Numbered from the whole stretch's first letter, positions 38,541 through 48,662 are shown. The stretch: DNA of 59,831 nucleotides, filler included, from 10 parts of 10 records of this genome joined end to end with filler, not necessarily neighbours in it, one strand, 5' to 3'. Notes: generated by a model from the sequence alone, not told the origin. Numbers and translations: made by a program.

Positions 38541-38759
38541 TTATAAGGCTAAAAACCACATTCTTATTTGCTGGTACACCTCAGCCTGTTCGTAGCTTTG
38601 GCATTTTACCAATTGCATATTTATTGCGTCATCAAATTCTACTTCGTCAAATTCCATGTTTTGCATTAGCTCCTCTTTGGTGCAACTGTAACATTCCTTT
38701 CGGAAACCTTGCTCAGTTGTGGCACGTTTCACAAATGTTATTGCTTTTCCTATAGCCAT
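38541..38759 (-). CDS. Small hypothetical protein (72 aa, weakly Nif11-like N-terminus)
   Basis: MAIGKAITFVKRA..FRKECYSC..EFDDAIN..KCQS.E.A; starts 1 nt after the NifX-like stop. Confidence 0.65.
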   Translation of the reverse strand: MAIGKAITFVKRATTEQGFRKECYSCTKEELMQNMEFDEVEFDDAINMQLVKCQSYEQAEVYQQIRMWFLAL

Positions 38760-38760
38760 A

Positions 38761-39156
38761 TTATGCGCATGATTTAGAGTTACAGGAACTACAACCGCTA
38801 TCGCAGCCCCATATTTGACGAGCAGATTCTGTTGTAAATGATTCAAGTTGATTACGACTAAAGAATTCGATATTTTCTTCCACATTTGTTCCACGTGCTT
38901 TAAAAACATCTAAACCATTTCGTGCAAATACACGAAGAACCATTGGTGGCAAATATGCACTAATAATTGAATTAACGCCCATACGTTGCAATTCTTTACT
39001 AAAATCTCCCGGATTTGGGCTTAATGAATTAACCGGCTTCCACTCAAACGACAGATTATTACTATCGTAAATACACACGTAACTAGCGTTGTGAAATCCA
39101 GGTGCAAGAGTTTCTTTTCCACTCTTTTTTTCTTTAACGGGCATCATCACTTTCAT
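38761..39156 (-). CDS. NifB/NifX-family Mo-Fe cluster-binding protein
   Basis: MKVMMPV..LAPGFHNASYVCIYD, GVNSIIS..PP..VF...GLDVFKA..VEENI; Cys-rich tail GCDSGCSSCNSKSC; AGGAG RBS. Confidence 0.7.
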   Translation of the reverse strand: MKVMMPVKEKKSGKETLAPGFHNASYVCIYDSNNLSFEWKPVNSLSPNPGDFSKELQRMGVNSIISAYLPPMVLRVFARNGLDVFKARGTNVEENIEFFSRNQLESFTTESARQIWGCDSGCSSCNSKSCA

Positions 39157-39188
39157 TTGTCTCCTGTTTTTTGTTTGGCACACAAGAG

Positions 39189-39204
39189 GCAAAAGAAATA
39201 CCAA
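39189..39204 (-). promoter_or_regulatory. sigma54 (-24/-12) promoter
   Basis: TTGGTATTTCTTTTGC, i.e. GG-N10-GC close to TGGCAC-N5-TTGC, about 32 nt upstream of ATG 39156. Confidence 0.65.
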
Positions 39205-39314
39205 AAATGTCATTCACCTATTATTCAACCCCTTAGTCATTTTCACTGCTATAGGCAACATTCCTTTTTGTAAGAAATTAAGGTAATTCCTACAAAAATG
39301 TAGGAGATAGAAAC

Positions 39315-39342
39315 AAAAAAAGCCACCCCTTACGGAGTGGCT
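39315..39342 (-). terminator. Rho-independent terminator of acyl-CoA dehydrogenase
   Basis: AGCCACTCCGTAAGGGGTGGCT followed by a T-run. Confidence 0.85.
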
Positions 39343-39378
39343 CAAATATCCTGTTTAAAAACTGATAACTAACAGCTT

Positions 39379-40959
39379 TTACTGCATCTCATATTTATAA
39401 TCGCCTAAATCGGCCAATTCTGAAGCACGAACAAATTCAGCATGAGCTTTTACCTGTGCTTTAGCAAAATTGATATAGTTTTTAGCCGATTTTAAGAACA
39501 TACTGTCGCGGTTAGTATCTAGCAATAAGAGGTAACTCATAATAATATGGCCTGCCATTTCAACTAAACGACGAGCGTGGAAATCGACAAATTCGTTATC
39601 ACCCACTGCTGTTACTTTTTTAACAGCTTCTTCGTAATCTGCTGTAAGAATAATTAATGTACGTTTGAGGTATTCCAATGTTGGTGATACTTTCTCGGCT
39701 TCATAAACACGAATTTGGTTAAGGTAACCACCTGTTGTTACCCCACGAATGGCTGCCACAACCTGCAACTGAGTAGTTCCTTCATAAATAGAAGTAATAC
39801 GTGCATCGCGGTAAATACGCTCAACCGGATAGTCTTTCATAAAACCAGAGCCACCGTGAATCTGAACAGCATCGTAAGCCAGTTGATTACTGTACTCACT
39901 GCTCATACCTTTCACAAGAGGTGTATAAATATCAGCCAAGCGCTGGTACTTTTTCATCTCCTGGCGTTCTTCTTTTTCCAGTTTACGTTCTTCGGCTATG
40001 TGCATGTAAGTTTTATACATGTCTACAAAACGCGATGTTTCATACAATAAAGTACGCGATGCGTCAAGTTTTGCTTTCATCAACGATAGCATTTCGTAAA
40101 CTGCAGGAAATTTAACTATGACCTTACCAAACTGCATACGCTCATTTGCGTAGGCTACAGCTTCGCGATAAGCAGCTTCGCAAACACCTACCGACTGTGC
40201 AGCAATACCTAAGCGAGCACCGTTCATCAATGCCATTACGTACTTAATAAGTCCCATTTTACGCGAACCAACCAGCTCACCCGGGGCATCTTTAAATACC
40301 AACTCACAGGTAGGAGAACCAATAATTCCCATTTTGTGTTCAATACGACGAACGGTTACGCCGCCACTGTTTTTATCGTAGATGAACATGGAAAGACCAC
40401 GACCATCTTTTGTACCCGGCTCCGAACGTGCCAAAACAAGCGAAATTTCACCATCGCCATTGGTAATGAATCGTTTTACCCCATTTAATAACCAGGTTTG
40501 TTTTTCTTCACTCCAGGTGGCTTTTAACTGTACAGCCTGAAGGTCGGAACCTGCATCGGGTTCAGTTAAGTCCATTGCCATGGTATCTCCACCACAAACA
40601 CGTGGTAAATATTTTTGCTTTTGCTCCTCTGAAGCAAATTCATTGATTGTCTCCGCACAATCCTGTAATCCCCAAACATTCACAAAACCTGCATCGGCAC
40701 GCGAAACAATATCGGCTGCCATAATATATGGTACAATCGGAAAGTTCAATCCATCGTATTTATAAGGCAACGACATCCCCATTAAACCTGCGTGATTAAG
40801 GGCATCGATATTTTCCTGAGTACCACGTGCATAAACAACACGACCATCTACTACTTGCGGACCTTCTGCATCTATACTCTCAGCATTTTCTGCAATAATA
40901 TCACCGCAGATCTCACCAACTACTTCCAAAACACGGTCGTAGTTATCAATTGCATCTTC
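39379..40959 (-). CDS. Acyl-CoA dehydrogenase (long Bacteroidota type), 5' truncated
   Basis: MDLTEPDAGSD, LNGVKRFIT, ARLGIAAQ, QIHGGSG, RDARITSIYEGT. Confidence 0.95.
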   Translation of the reverse strand, partial: EDAIDNYDRVLEVVGEICGDIIAENAESIDAEGPQVVDGRVVYARGTQENIDALNHAGLMGMSLPYKYDGLNFPIVPYIMAADIVSRADAGFVNVWGLQDCAETINEFASEEQKQKYLPRVCGGDTMAMDLTEPDAGSDLQAVQLKATWSEEKQTWLLNGVKRFITNGDGEISLVLARSEPGTKDGRGLSMFIYDKNSGGVTVRRIEHKMGIIGSPTCELVFKDAPGELVGSRKMGLIKYVMALMNGARLGIAAQSVGVCEAAYREAVAYANERMQFGKVIVKFPAVYEMLSLMKAKLDASRTLLYETSRFVDMYKTYMHIAEERKLEKEERQEMKKYQRLADIYTPLVKGMSSEYSNQLAYDAVQIHGGSGFMKDYPVERIYRDARITSIYEGTTQLQVVAAIRGVTTGGYLNQIRVYEAEKVSPTLEYLKRTLIILTADYEEAVKKVTAVGDNEFVDFHARRLVEMAGHIIMSYLLLLDTNRDSMFLKSAKNYINFAKAQVKAHAEFVRASELADLGDYKYEMQ

Positions 40960-41059
40960 NNNNNNNNNNNNNNNNNNNNNNNNNNNNNNNNNNNNNNNNN
41001 NNNTTAATTAATTAANNNNNNNNNNNNNNNNNNNNNNNNNNNNNNNNNNNNNNNNNNNN

Positions 41060-41305
41060 TGCTTCCAGATCCGATTTCAGATGCTGCTTGAAGATATGCG
41101 CAAAAACAAGGCCGCTCCCGATGTGATCCCCGAAGGAGAAGCCCCCGGGGAAGGCGAGGATCTGATAGTCGGCCAGATGGACCTTTTTGTCGATCAGGTC
41201 CTGAATATGAACCCGTTCGGCCTCCGCTCCGGCTTCATTGAAAGCCAGAACCAACTCGTTATCGGCGTTTATTCCGTGGCCCGTGATGATGCATGCTTTT
41301 ACCAT
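41060..41305 (-). CDS. purQ: Phosphoribosylformylglycinamidine synthase glutaminase subunit, N-terminal fragment
   Basis: GHGINAD.E..AF, FPGGFSFGD; coupled to purL (TAATG). Confidence 0.92.
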
Positions 41306-44300
41306 TAGTTGTTCCTCCCTGCTTCGGGAAACTTTCCGTGGGTTGACTGCCAGGCTTCCGCCAGTCCTTCAACCGTTTCGGCCAGAACCTTTTTTCCCAT
41401 TCGGCTGACCGTCAGGGTTTCTGTCTCTTCCACCTCTCCGATAACCGAGAGGCAGGAGCCTTCCATGATCTCCCGGAATGCTTCAAGTTTTTCAGGGCTG
41501 ATCGAAATCAGGAACCGTGAAGGAGTTTCGCAGTAGAGGAGGGTATCGGTGGTCATGGTCTCCATGGAGGGGCCTCCGGGGAGGAGCCCCAGGTCGATTT
41601 TCGCACCGCATCTTCCGCCGATGGCCGATTCTGCTGCCGCGACTCCCAGGCCTCCGTCGGAGAGATCATGGCAGGAGGAAATGAGCCCCGCGCTTATGGC
41701 CTTGTGGAGTTTTCGGTAGAGCTCCAGGGCCGATTCGGTTTCCACCGCCGGAACGGCGCCGGACCAGTCGTCCAGAATCTTGTTGTAGAAGCTTCCGCCC
41801 ATCTCTCCTCGGGTTTCCCCGGCCAGGAGAATAAGGTCTCCGGCTTTTTTAAAGTCCGAAGAGACGGTTTTGGAATAATCATCGATAACTCCCATCAGGG
41901 AGATCAGGAGGGTCGGTTTAACCGAAACCTTTTTGCCGCCCAGTTGGGCATCGTTCTTCATCGAGTCTTTCCCCGATATAAGGGGGGCGCCGTAGGCCAG
42001 GCACGTGTCCTGAAGTCCCCGGCAGGCCCTCACCGCCTGGGCGAGCTTGTACTTGCCGTCGGGGGTTTTTTCAGACTCCACCGGATCGGGCCAGCAGAAG
42101 TTGTCCAGGGCTGATGTCAGGTCGGGGTTGCCCCCCATTGCGATATGGGCCCGGAAGGCCTCGTCCAGGGCACAGGCGGCCATATTGTAGGTGTCGATCA
42201 CCGAGTAGCGTGGACAGATCCCGTGGGTGACGGTCACCCCCTTTTTCGATCCGGGGACCGGCCTTAAGACCGCACCGTCGGAGGGAGCGTCAGACTCTTT
42301 TCCCACAAAGGGCTTCTGAACCGACTGGATCTGAACTTCGTGATCGTACTGCCGGACCAGGGATTCTTTGGAGGCGATATTCGCTTCGGCCAGGAGTTTT
42401 TTCAACATTTCCCCCGTCGTGTATTCCGATTCTTTCGGGTGTTCCGGCCTTTCAGGGTTCACCCATTCGGCTTCCAGTTTCATCTCCGGCAGACCGTCAT
42501 GGATGAAGGAGAGCTCCATCTCTGCAGCTATCTCACCTTTGTAGAAGAGTTCAATCAGGCCGGAGTCGGTAAACTCGCCGATGACCGTTGCCTCGACATC
42601 CCGTTTCTCCGCCAGGGCCATGAAATCGGCCAGGGTGTCGGGATGGACCGCCAGGCTCATCCTCTCCTGGGATTCGGAAACCCAGATTTCCCAGGGGGCG
42701 AGGCCCTGATATTTTAACGGGCATTTGTCCAGGTCGACTTTTATACCGTTGGACTCTTCGGCCATTTCCCCCAGGGAGGAGGAGAGACCGCCGGCTCCGT
42801 TATCGGTAATCCCCCGATAGAGTCCCTGGTCCCGGGCTTCGATCAGGAAGTCGCTCATTCTTTTCTGTGTGATCGGATCACCTATCTGGACCGCCGAGGT
42901 TGGGGACTCTTCGTCCAGCACCAGGGAGGAGAAGGTGGCTCCGTGGATGCCGTCCTTTCCTATCCGGCCGCCGAGCATGACCGCCAGGGCGCCGGGCTCC
43001 GTATGTTTGACCCAGCCGTCTTCTCCCAGGATTTTACGGGGAATAATCCCTCCGGTACCGCAGAAGACCAGAGGCTTGCCCATATAGTGTTCGTCAAAGA
43101 GGAAGGCCCCGCCGACGGTGGGGATCCCCGACTGGTTTCCCCCGTCGATAATGCCCTGATGGACGCCGTGCATAATCGTTTTCGGGTGGAGCAGACCCAC
43201 AGGCAGTTCCTCCGCCGGGGTGTCCAGCTCGCCGAAGCAGAGGACGTTGGTGTTGAAGATTGGTCTTGCTCCCTTGCCGGTCCCCAGGATATCCCTGTTG
43301 ACGCCGACGATACCGGTTATAGAACCGCCGTAAGGGTCGAGAGCCGAGGGAGAGTTGTGGGTTTCCACCTTGAAACAGAGGAGGTTTTCATCATCAAACT
43401 CGATGACCCCAGCGTTGTCGTGGAAGAGGGACTTCAGATAGGGTTTGGAATCGAGCATTCGATCCGTCGTCCCCTTTATATAGGTTTTAAAAAGGGATTT
43501 GACCTCTTCGGTCTTTCCTTCTTCGGTATAGCTGATCGTAGCGTTCAGAATCTTGTGTTTGCAGTGTTCCGACCAGGTCTGGGCTGTCATCTCCAGCTCC
43601 ACATCCGTGGGGCCTTCGGGCAGTCCATGCTCCTTACGCCGGGCGATCACCTCTTCACGGGTGTAGTAGTCCCGGAGGGCTTTCATCTCGTCCAGGCTCA
43701 AGGCCAGAAGTTTCTCGCGGGAGAAATTTTCCAGTTCTTTGTCCGAGAGAGAGGCCAGATCGAAATTTCCGACAGACATCTCCTCTTCGCTTCCCGCCAG
43801 GGGATAGAGTTCTGGGAATCTGCCGCCCTTGTCCCACTCTTCCCGGGTGAGGATGACGGCGTTCTCGATGAGCGGGTTGTGGAGGACTCCTGCCATCTTT
43901 TCTCTCTCTTCCGGACCGTAGTTCCCGGCTTCGAAGATGTACTGCCGGCCGGTTTGAACCGGTGTTTCCCGGGAAAGATTTCCCTCCAGGGCCGACTTCA
44001 GAGCACTTCGGGCTGTCATCGCCGTAGGATTGGTAACCCCCGGTTTGAAAGAAACTTCAACCGCAAAGGTCCATCCCGGAAGGAACCCCTCTTCAATGGC
44101 GGATGTTCCGGTCAGGGAGGCCTGAGCTACCGGATCGGAGAAGATCTCTCCGGGAAGTTCCGCCGGAAGATCGTCTCTTCCGATTATATAGATATCCGCC
44201 AATGCCATGGATGAAACGGGGGACAAGTGTGAACTTTCCAGCCGTTTTTCCAGGTGGCGGATCCTGCCGTCGATGGAAATGGATTTATAGTGGATTTCGG

Positions 44301-44307
44301 TTCTCAT
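41305..44307 (-). CDS. purL: Phosphoribosylformylglycinamidine synthase subunit PurL
   Basis: WSEHCKHK, KVETHNSPS, DGIHGATFSS, DNGAGGL, SESQER, SGKDSM, HDLSDGG. Confidence 0.96.
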   Translation of the reverse strand: MRTEIHYKSISIDGRIRHLEKRLESSHLSPVSSMALADIYIIGRDDLPAELPGEIFSDPVAQASLTGTSAIEEGFLPGWTFAVEVSFKPGVTNPTAMTARSALKSALEGNLSRETPVQTGRQYIFEAGNYGPEEREKMAGVLHNPLIENAVILTREEWDKGGRFPELYPLAGSEEEMSVGNFDLASLSDKELENFSREKLLALSLDEMKALRDYYTREEVIARRKEHGLPEGPTDVELEMTAQTWSEHCKHKILNATISYTEEGKTEEVKSLFKTYIKGTTDRMLDSKPYLKSLFHDNAGVIEFDDENLLCFKVETHNSPSALDPYGGSITGIVGVNRDILGTGKGARPIFNTNVLCFGELDTPAEELPVGLLHPKTIMHGVHQGIIDGGNQSGIPTVGGAFLFDEHYMGKPLVFCGTGGIIPRKILGEDGWVKHTEPGALAVMLGGRIGKDGIHGATFSSLVLDEESPTSAVQIGDPITQKRMSDFLIEARDQGLYRGITDNGAGGLSSSLGEMAEESNGIKVDLDKCPLKYQGLAPWEIWVSESQERMSLAVHPDTLADFMALAEKRDVEATVIGEFTDSGLIELFYKGEIAAEMELSFIHDGLPEMKLEAEWVNPERPEHPKESEYTTGEMLKKLLAEANIASKESLVRQYDHEVQIQSVQKPFVGKESDAPSDGAVLRPVPGSKKGVTVTHGICPRYSVIDTYNMAACALDEAFRAHIAMGGNPDLTSALDNFCWPDPVESEKTPDGKYKLAQAVRACRGLQDTCLAYGAPLISGKDSMKNDAQLGGKKVSVKPTLLISLMGVIDDYSKTVSSDFKKAGDLILLAGETRGEMGGSFYNKILDDWSGAVPAVETESALELYRKLHKAISAGLISSCHDLSDGGLGVAAAESAIGGRCGAKIDLGLLPGGPSMETMTTDTLLYCETPSRFLISISPEKLEAFREIMEGSCLSVIGEVEETETLTVSRMGKKVLAETVEGLAEAWQSTHGKFPEAGRNN

Positions 44308-44466
44308 GGAAGGGCCACTATAGCAGAAAGACAGGGGAAATTCAATTGAGCCGGGAAGGGGCAGAAACATCATGAAAATCAACAGTTTTGTCTATATCCC
44401 CATAACTTCTCAAATCCTTTTTCAAACCAATCACCGGGAATCTCGTATTCCTTTATGGAGGACATT

Positions 44467-45465
44467 ATGAAAAATCGAATATCCCCTTTGCTATTCCTGT
44501 CTGCCTGTCTCTTTCTGCTGATCGGATCCGGCTGTGCCACCACCAGCCGGGTCGAGGCGTGGAAATCTGACCGGGTCGAAAAGCTTGAAAAGGGCAGTCT
44601 TGTTATGGATACTCCGGCCGGGCCGGTAGAGTATGCTCTCTACGGTGAGGGGGCTCCGGTCCTCTTTCTTCACGGCAGTATGGGCGGGTACGATGGCGGA
44701 AATTGTATGGCCCCCCTCCTCGAGGGACTTGGGATTCAGCTTATCTCCCCCTCCAGACCGGGATACTTGCGTACGCCCCTTACGGTGGGTAAGACTGCCG
44801 AAGAGCAGGCTCGGGCTATGGCCCTTCTGCTGGACGGTCTCGGGATCGGGAGGGTTGTGGTTATAGGCGGTTCCGGCGGAGGACCGGCGTCTCTCTGGTT
44901 CGCCCTTAACTATCCGGAACGGACGGAGGCCCTCGTGCTGGTCTCGGCTATTTTTCAGACCGAACGCACCGTTGATACCTTTTCTTCCTCCGAGCGGAGG
45001 ATGATGGCGAATTCGATGAAGGATCGGAGCAGTTTTCGGATGGCTCGGATGCTGGAACGTAATCCGGTATCCACCCTCTCGCTGATGTTTCCCGACACCC
45101 GGAAGAGAATTGCCGGGGATGAGGACGCCCTGGAACTGGCGGCAGCCTTTATGGCGGCCAGCCTGCCCATGAGCCTGAGGGAGGAGGGAACCTATAATGA
45201 TATGAGTCTGAACAACTCCTTTCCCTCCGAACTTCAGCGGGAGATCCGCGTGCCGACGTTCATTGCCCAGGGGGCCGCCGATGAGTGGGCGCCTCCGGGT
45301 CCGGCAGAAGCGGCGGCAGAAGAGATTTTCGGAGCACAATTCTCGCTCTTTGAAGGGGACCACATTTTTTTCATTCCACAAAGGGAAAAATTCAGAGGTT
45401 ATCTGGCCGGCATTCTGTCTAAAACTCTTTTTGCTGTTCCTGCGGAGCAGGCAGTGGTAAACTAA
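44467..45465 (+). CDS. Alpha/beta hydrolase lipoprotein
   Basis: Lipobox GSGC; LHGSMG, SRPGY, GGSGG nucleophile elbow, QG..D, GDH; GGAGG RBS. Confidence 0.85.
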   Translation: MKNRISPLLFLSACLFLLIGSGCATTSRVEAWKSDRVEKLEKGSLVMDTPAGPVEYALYGEGAPVLFLHGSMGGYDGGNCMAPLLEGLGIQLISPSRPGYLRTPLTVGKTAEEQARAMALLLDGLGIGRVVVIGGSGGGPASLWFALNYPERTEALVLVSAIFQTERTVDTFSSSERRMMANSMKDRSSFRMARMLERNPVSTLSLMFPDTRKRIAGDEDALELAAAFMAASLPMSLREEGTYNDMSLNNSFPSELQREIRVPTFIAQGAADEWAPPGPAEAAAEEIFGAQFSLFEGDHIFFIPQREKFRGYLAGILSKTLFAVPAEQAVVN

Positions 45466-45515
45466 CTCTTATACATGATTTGTTAAGGACCGATATTAAA
45501 AACAGGAGAGAGAAA

Positions 45516-45974
45516 ATGAGGGAATCATGCCGTTTGTCCGGCGGGAGCGTTGTCGGCTGCCTGAAGGGACGGGATAAATACACGGCTATCCATGAACTCA
45601 TACGGCGGGCGCCTGTTTTCGATCAGCTTGATGATCGGGATAGTTTCGAAGACGCGGTTATCGCCCGTGAGAAGATTTGCTCCACCGGTCTCGGCCACGG
45701 GATCGCCCTGGCCCATGGAAAAACCCCTCTGGTTAACAAACTTTTTCTCGCCCTCGGATGTTCCCGCCGGGGCATCGACTTTGGCTCCCCCGATGGAGAA
45801 CCGGTCCATTTCCTTTTTATTATAGGAAACCCTCCTGAGGCCCAGGATGAGTATCTCCGGACCGTATCGGCCCTGGCCGGTCTGATGCGTAATTCGGAGT
45901 TCAGAGAAAAACTCTCCACAATAAAATCTCAGGCGAGGATGGAAGGAGTGTTGAGGCAAGCCCTGGGTTTTTAG
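45516..45974 (+). CDS. PTS EIIA (Ntr/Fru-type) domain protein
   Basis: REK..STGLGHGIALAHG, GIDFGSPDGEPVH. Confidence 0.88.
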   Translation: MRESCRLSGGSVVGCLKGRDKYTAIHELIRRAPVFDQLDDRDSFEDAVIAREKICSTGLGHGIALAHGKTPLVNKLFLALGCSRRGIDFGSPDGEPVHFLFIIGNPPEAQDEYLRTVSALAGLMRNSEFREKLSTIKSQARMEGVLRQALGF

Positions 45975-45975
45975 G

Positions 45976-46086
45976 TTACAGCTTTCGGATGCGGTAGACC
46001 AGCAGCGCCAGATCGTAGTAGAGCCTGCTGAAGCCCCGGAGGAGAATCAGCGGATTTTTGAATACCGAGGAAATTTTATAGAATCC
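45976..46086 (-). CDS. C-terminal fragment of an unidentified convergent gene
   Basis: Open frame from the contig edge: GFYKISSVFKNPLILLRGFSRLYYDLALLVYRIRKL*. Confidence 0.4.
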   Translation of the reverse strand, partial: GFYKISSVFKNPLILLRGFSRLYYDLALLVYRIRKL

Positions 46087-46187
46087 CNNNNNNNNNNNNN
46101 NNNNNNNNNNNNNNNNNNNNNNNNNNNNNNNTTAATTAATTAANNNNNNNNNNNNNNNNNNNNNNNNNNNNNNNNNNNNNNNNNNNN

Positions 46188-46495
46188 ATCAGTTCTCAGG
46201 AAATAAGAACATAACCTCTGTCATTGTTCGTAGTGCTTCAAACACGCCAGTTATTTTTAGAGTAAGAGCTGAACAGGATCCTGCAGTAGCTATTGCATCC
46301 ATTCTTGCAAGAGCTGAATATTTAAAACAGCTTGATGCTCTTTCACAAAAACTTTTCAACAACGAAATAAAGCTTATTTCCGGAAGCGGACCTGAATCAG
46401 ATAGAATTGCAACGAAAATTCTTAATAATTTCGGAGAAAAAGCACTCAAATCCGTGTGCAAAGCTCATTTTGACAATTTTAAAAAATTATTTTAA
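46188..46495 (+). CDS. rnhC: Ribonuclease HIII, C-terminal fragment
   Basis: Manual translation QF..RAEQDPAVAIASILAR..L..LS..SGSG..LKSVCKAHFDN*; absent from the ORF track because it has no start. Confidence 0.75.
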
Positions 46496-46555
46496 CCCTA
46501 CTCTCACCCCTTATCTTTCGCCGATTAGTTTTTACAAATTATTAGTATTAAATAA

Positions 46556-46584
46556 TTGACTTATATTCACAATAACACTAACAT
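46556..46584 (+). promoter_or_regulatory. sigma70 promoter of the kinase gene
   Basis: TTGACT-17 nt-TAACAT, 40 nt upstream of ATG 46625. Confidence 0.55.
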
Positions 46585-46624
46585 ACCTCGTCTATATCTG
46601 TAGTTGAATATTGCGGGAATATTA

Positions 46625-48538
46625 ATGAGTGACAACAAAACCGGCTTCAAACTTCCTAGATTGTACGGAAAATACTATCTTTTAGAACTTATCAACGTTG
46701 GCGGAATGGCTGAGGTTTTTAAAGCCAAAATGTTCGGTGTTGAAGGGTTTGAAAAGATCGTTGCAATAAAAAAGATTCTCCCTGAGGTTGCAGAAGACCA
46801 GGAATTCATCAAAATGTTTATTGATGAAGCCAAGATCTCTGTTAGACTTCAGCATCCGAGTATCGTTCAGATCCTGGAACTTGGAAATATTGATGATACT
46901 TTTTTTATAGCAATGGAACTTGTTAACGGCAAGGACATTAAAACTGTTAGAAAACGCTTGAAAAGAGTTGATCTTCTCATGCCTGTTGAGCAAAGCGCCT
47001 ACACGATCGCACAGGTCTGTGAGGGACTTGATTATGCTCACAGAAAAACTGATGACAAAATGAACTCTCTGAACATTGTTCACAGAGATATTTCTCCTCA
47101 GAATATGATCATTTCCTATGAAGGAACTGTTAAGCTTATTGATTTTGGTATTGCTAAGGCAAAAAGCAAGTCAACAAAAACTCAGGCTGGAATGCTTAAA
47201 GGTAAATTCAGCTATATGTCTCCTGAACAGGTTAGCGGTCAGCCGATCGACAGAAGAAGTGATATCTTCTCCCTTGGTGTAGTTTTCTTTGAGATGCTTA
47301 CAGGAAAAAGACTGTTTCTTGGAAAGAACGACGTTGAGACTCTTGAGAAAATAAGAAAAGCAGAAGTTCCACCTCCAAGCGTCTTTAACAGCACAGTTCC
47401 TCCTGAAATTGATAGAATTGTTTTTAAAGCTCTTGCAAAGGATAGAGAAGAAAGATATCAGTGGGCAAGCGAATTTGCTGAAGACCTCAAAAAGTTTAGC
47501 TACTCTAGTGGTAAGAACTTTACAAGACAAGACATGATGAGCTTTATGGGCGAGTTCTTTGCAGATGAATTGGAAGAAGAGACTGCAAAACTGGAAGAGT
47601 ATAAGAAGCTTGAAAAACCTTCTGCTCTTAGCAGACCTAATGGCAGCTACCACGCTTCAATGCCGGCAGAAGAAGGCACAGATGATATAATCATCCCGAC
47701 AGCATCATCAAAGGGTAAAAAGTTTGCTGCATTCTTAGCAGTAATTGCAATACTTGTAGCAATTGTTTATTTTGGAATGGATATTTTAAAGCAAAAGAAG
47801 GACACAGCGTCTTTACTTGTTGATTCTTCAGAACAGAAAACCATTGTTATCCTCAATCAGGGAACGATGTATCAAAAACGTTGTGAAACTCCCTGCAAAA
47901 TAGAAGGCATTCTTCCCGGAACTCATGAGCTTGAGCTGAAAAAATCAGGATTTGTTCCTTCAAAACAGTCAGTTGTACTCAAAAAAGGTGAAACCCTGAC
48001 CAAGGTTATAAAGATGTATAAGATCGGAGAGCAGAAGACTATGCTTACGGTCAAATCAGATCCTGATGGCGCAACTCTTTACATCAACGAAAAGAAAACA
48101 AACTCCATCACACCTACAGTTGTAAATATTCCTGTTGGTCTTGAAATTAAGATCAGAGCTGAGAAGGCCGGCTATTTCCCTGTTGAGCAGAACATCGGCA
48201 TGGTTGCTGCAAATATCAACAAAGAAGTAAGCCTTATCTTAAAACCAATGAAAGGCTCAAAAACTAGAAAAGCTAAACGCAAACAGAAAGCGTCCTCTAA
48301 AGCTAGGAAAAAGAAAGTAGCAAAATCAGGAAAAGCATTTATCAGCATAAACAGCAGGCCTTGGGCAAACGTATATATTGACGGCAAGCTCATTAAGTCC
48401 ACACCGATAATTAAACATCCCATTGATCCGGGCAAACATAAGGTCCACTTTAAGAACAAAAAGTTCAACATTAATAAAGTATATCCTGTTACCATCAGAA
48501 ACAGTGAACACAAAAGAATTATAAAGAACTTTAACTAA
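46625..48538 (+). CDS. Hanks-type Ser/Thr protein kinase with TM helix and PEGA domains
   Basis: GGMAEV, VAIKK, HRDISPQN, DFGIAK, YMSPEQ, DIFSLG; TM at about aa 370-390; PEGA-like repeats (SDPDGATLYIN, SRPWANVYIDG). Confidence 0.93.
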   Translation: MSDNKTGFKLPRLYGKYYLLELINVGGMAEVFKAKMFGVEGFEKIVAIKKILPEVAEDQEFIKMFIDEAKISVRLQHPSIVQILELGNIDDTFFIAMELVNGKDIKTVRKRLKRVDLLMPVEQSAYTIAQVCEGLDYAHRKTDDKMNSLNIVHRDISPQNMIISYEGTVKLIDFGIAKAKSKSTKTQAGMLKGKFSYMSPEQVSGQPIDRRSDIFSLGVVFFEMLTGKRLFLGKNDVETLEKIRKAEVPPPSVFNSTVPPEIDRIVFKALAKDREERYQWASEFAEDLKKFSYSSGKNFTRQDMMSFMGEFFADELEEETAKLEEYKKLEKPSALSRPNGSYHASMPAEEGTDDIIIPTASSKGKKFAAFLAVIAILVAIVYFGMDILKQKKDTASLLVDSSEQKTIVILNQGTMYQKRCETPCKIEGILPGTHELELKKSGFVPSKQSVVLKKGETLTKVIKMYKIGEQKTMLTVKSDPDGATLYINEKKTNSITPTVVNIPVGLEIKIRAEKAGYFPVEQNIGMVAANINKEVSLILKPMKGSKTRKAKRKQKASSKARKKKVAKSGKAFISINSRPWANVYIDGKLIKSTPIIKHPIDPGKHKVHFKNKKFNINKVYPVTIRNSEHKRIIKNFN

Positions 48539-48662
48539 TCCAATTTTCCTATTTTTTCTCAACAGTTTTTTACTTGATTATGCCTACTTACAAGTTATAC
48601 TCCGCTTGTGTACAGTTCTTTTATTACAAATAGATTTAATAATTTCTTTATGAAAGAGGTCT

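Noticed and set aside
39175-39191. Plus-strand sigma54-like TTGGCACACAAGAGGCA
   Set aside because: Points away from any sense gene and lacks TT before the GC; the minus-strand site explains the locus better.
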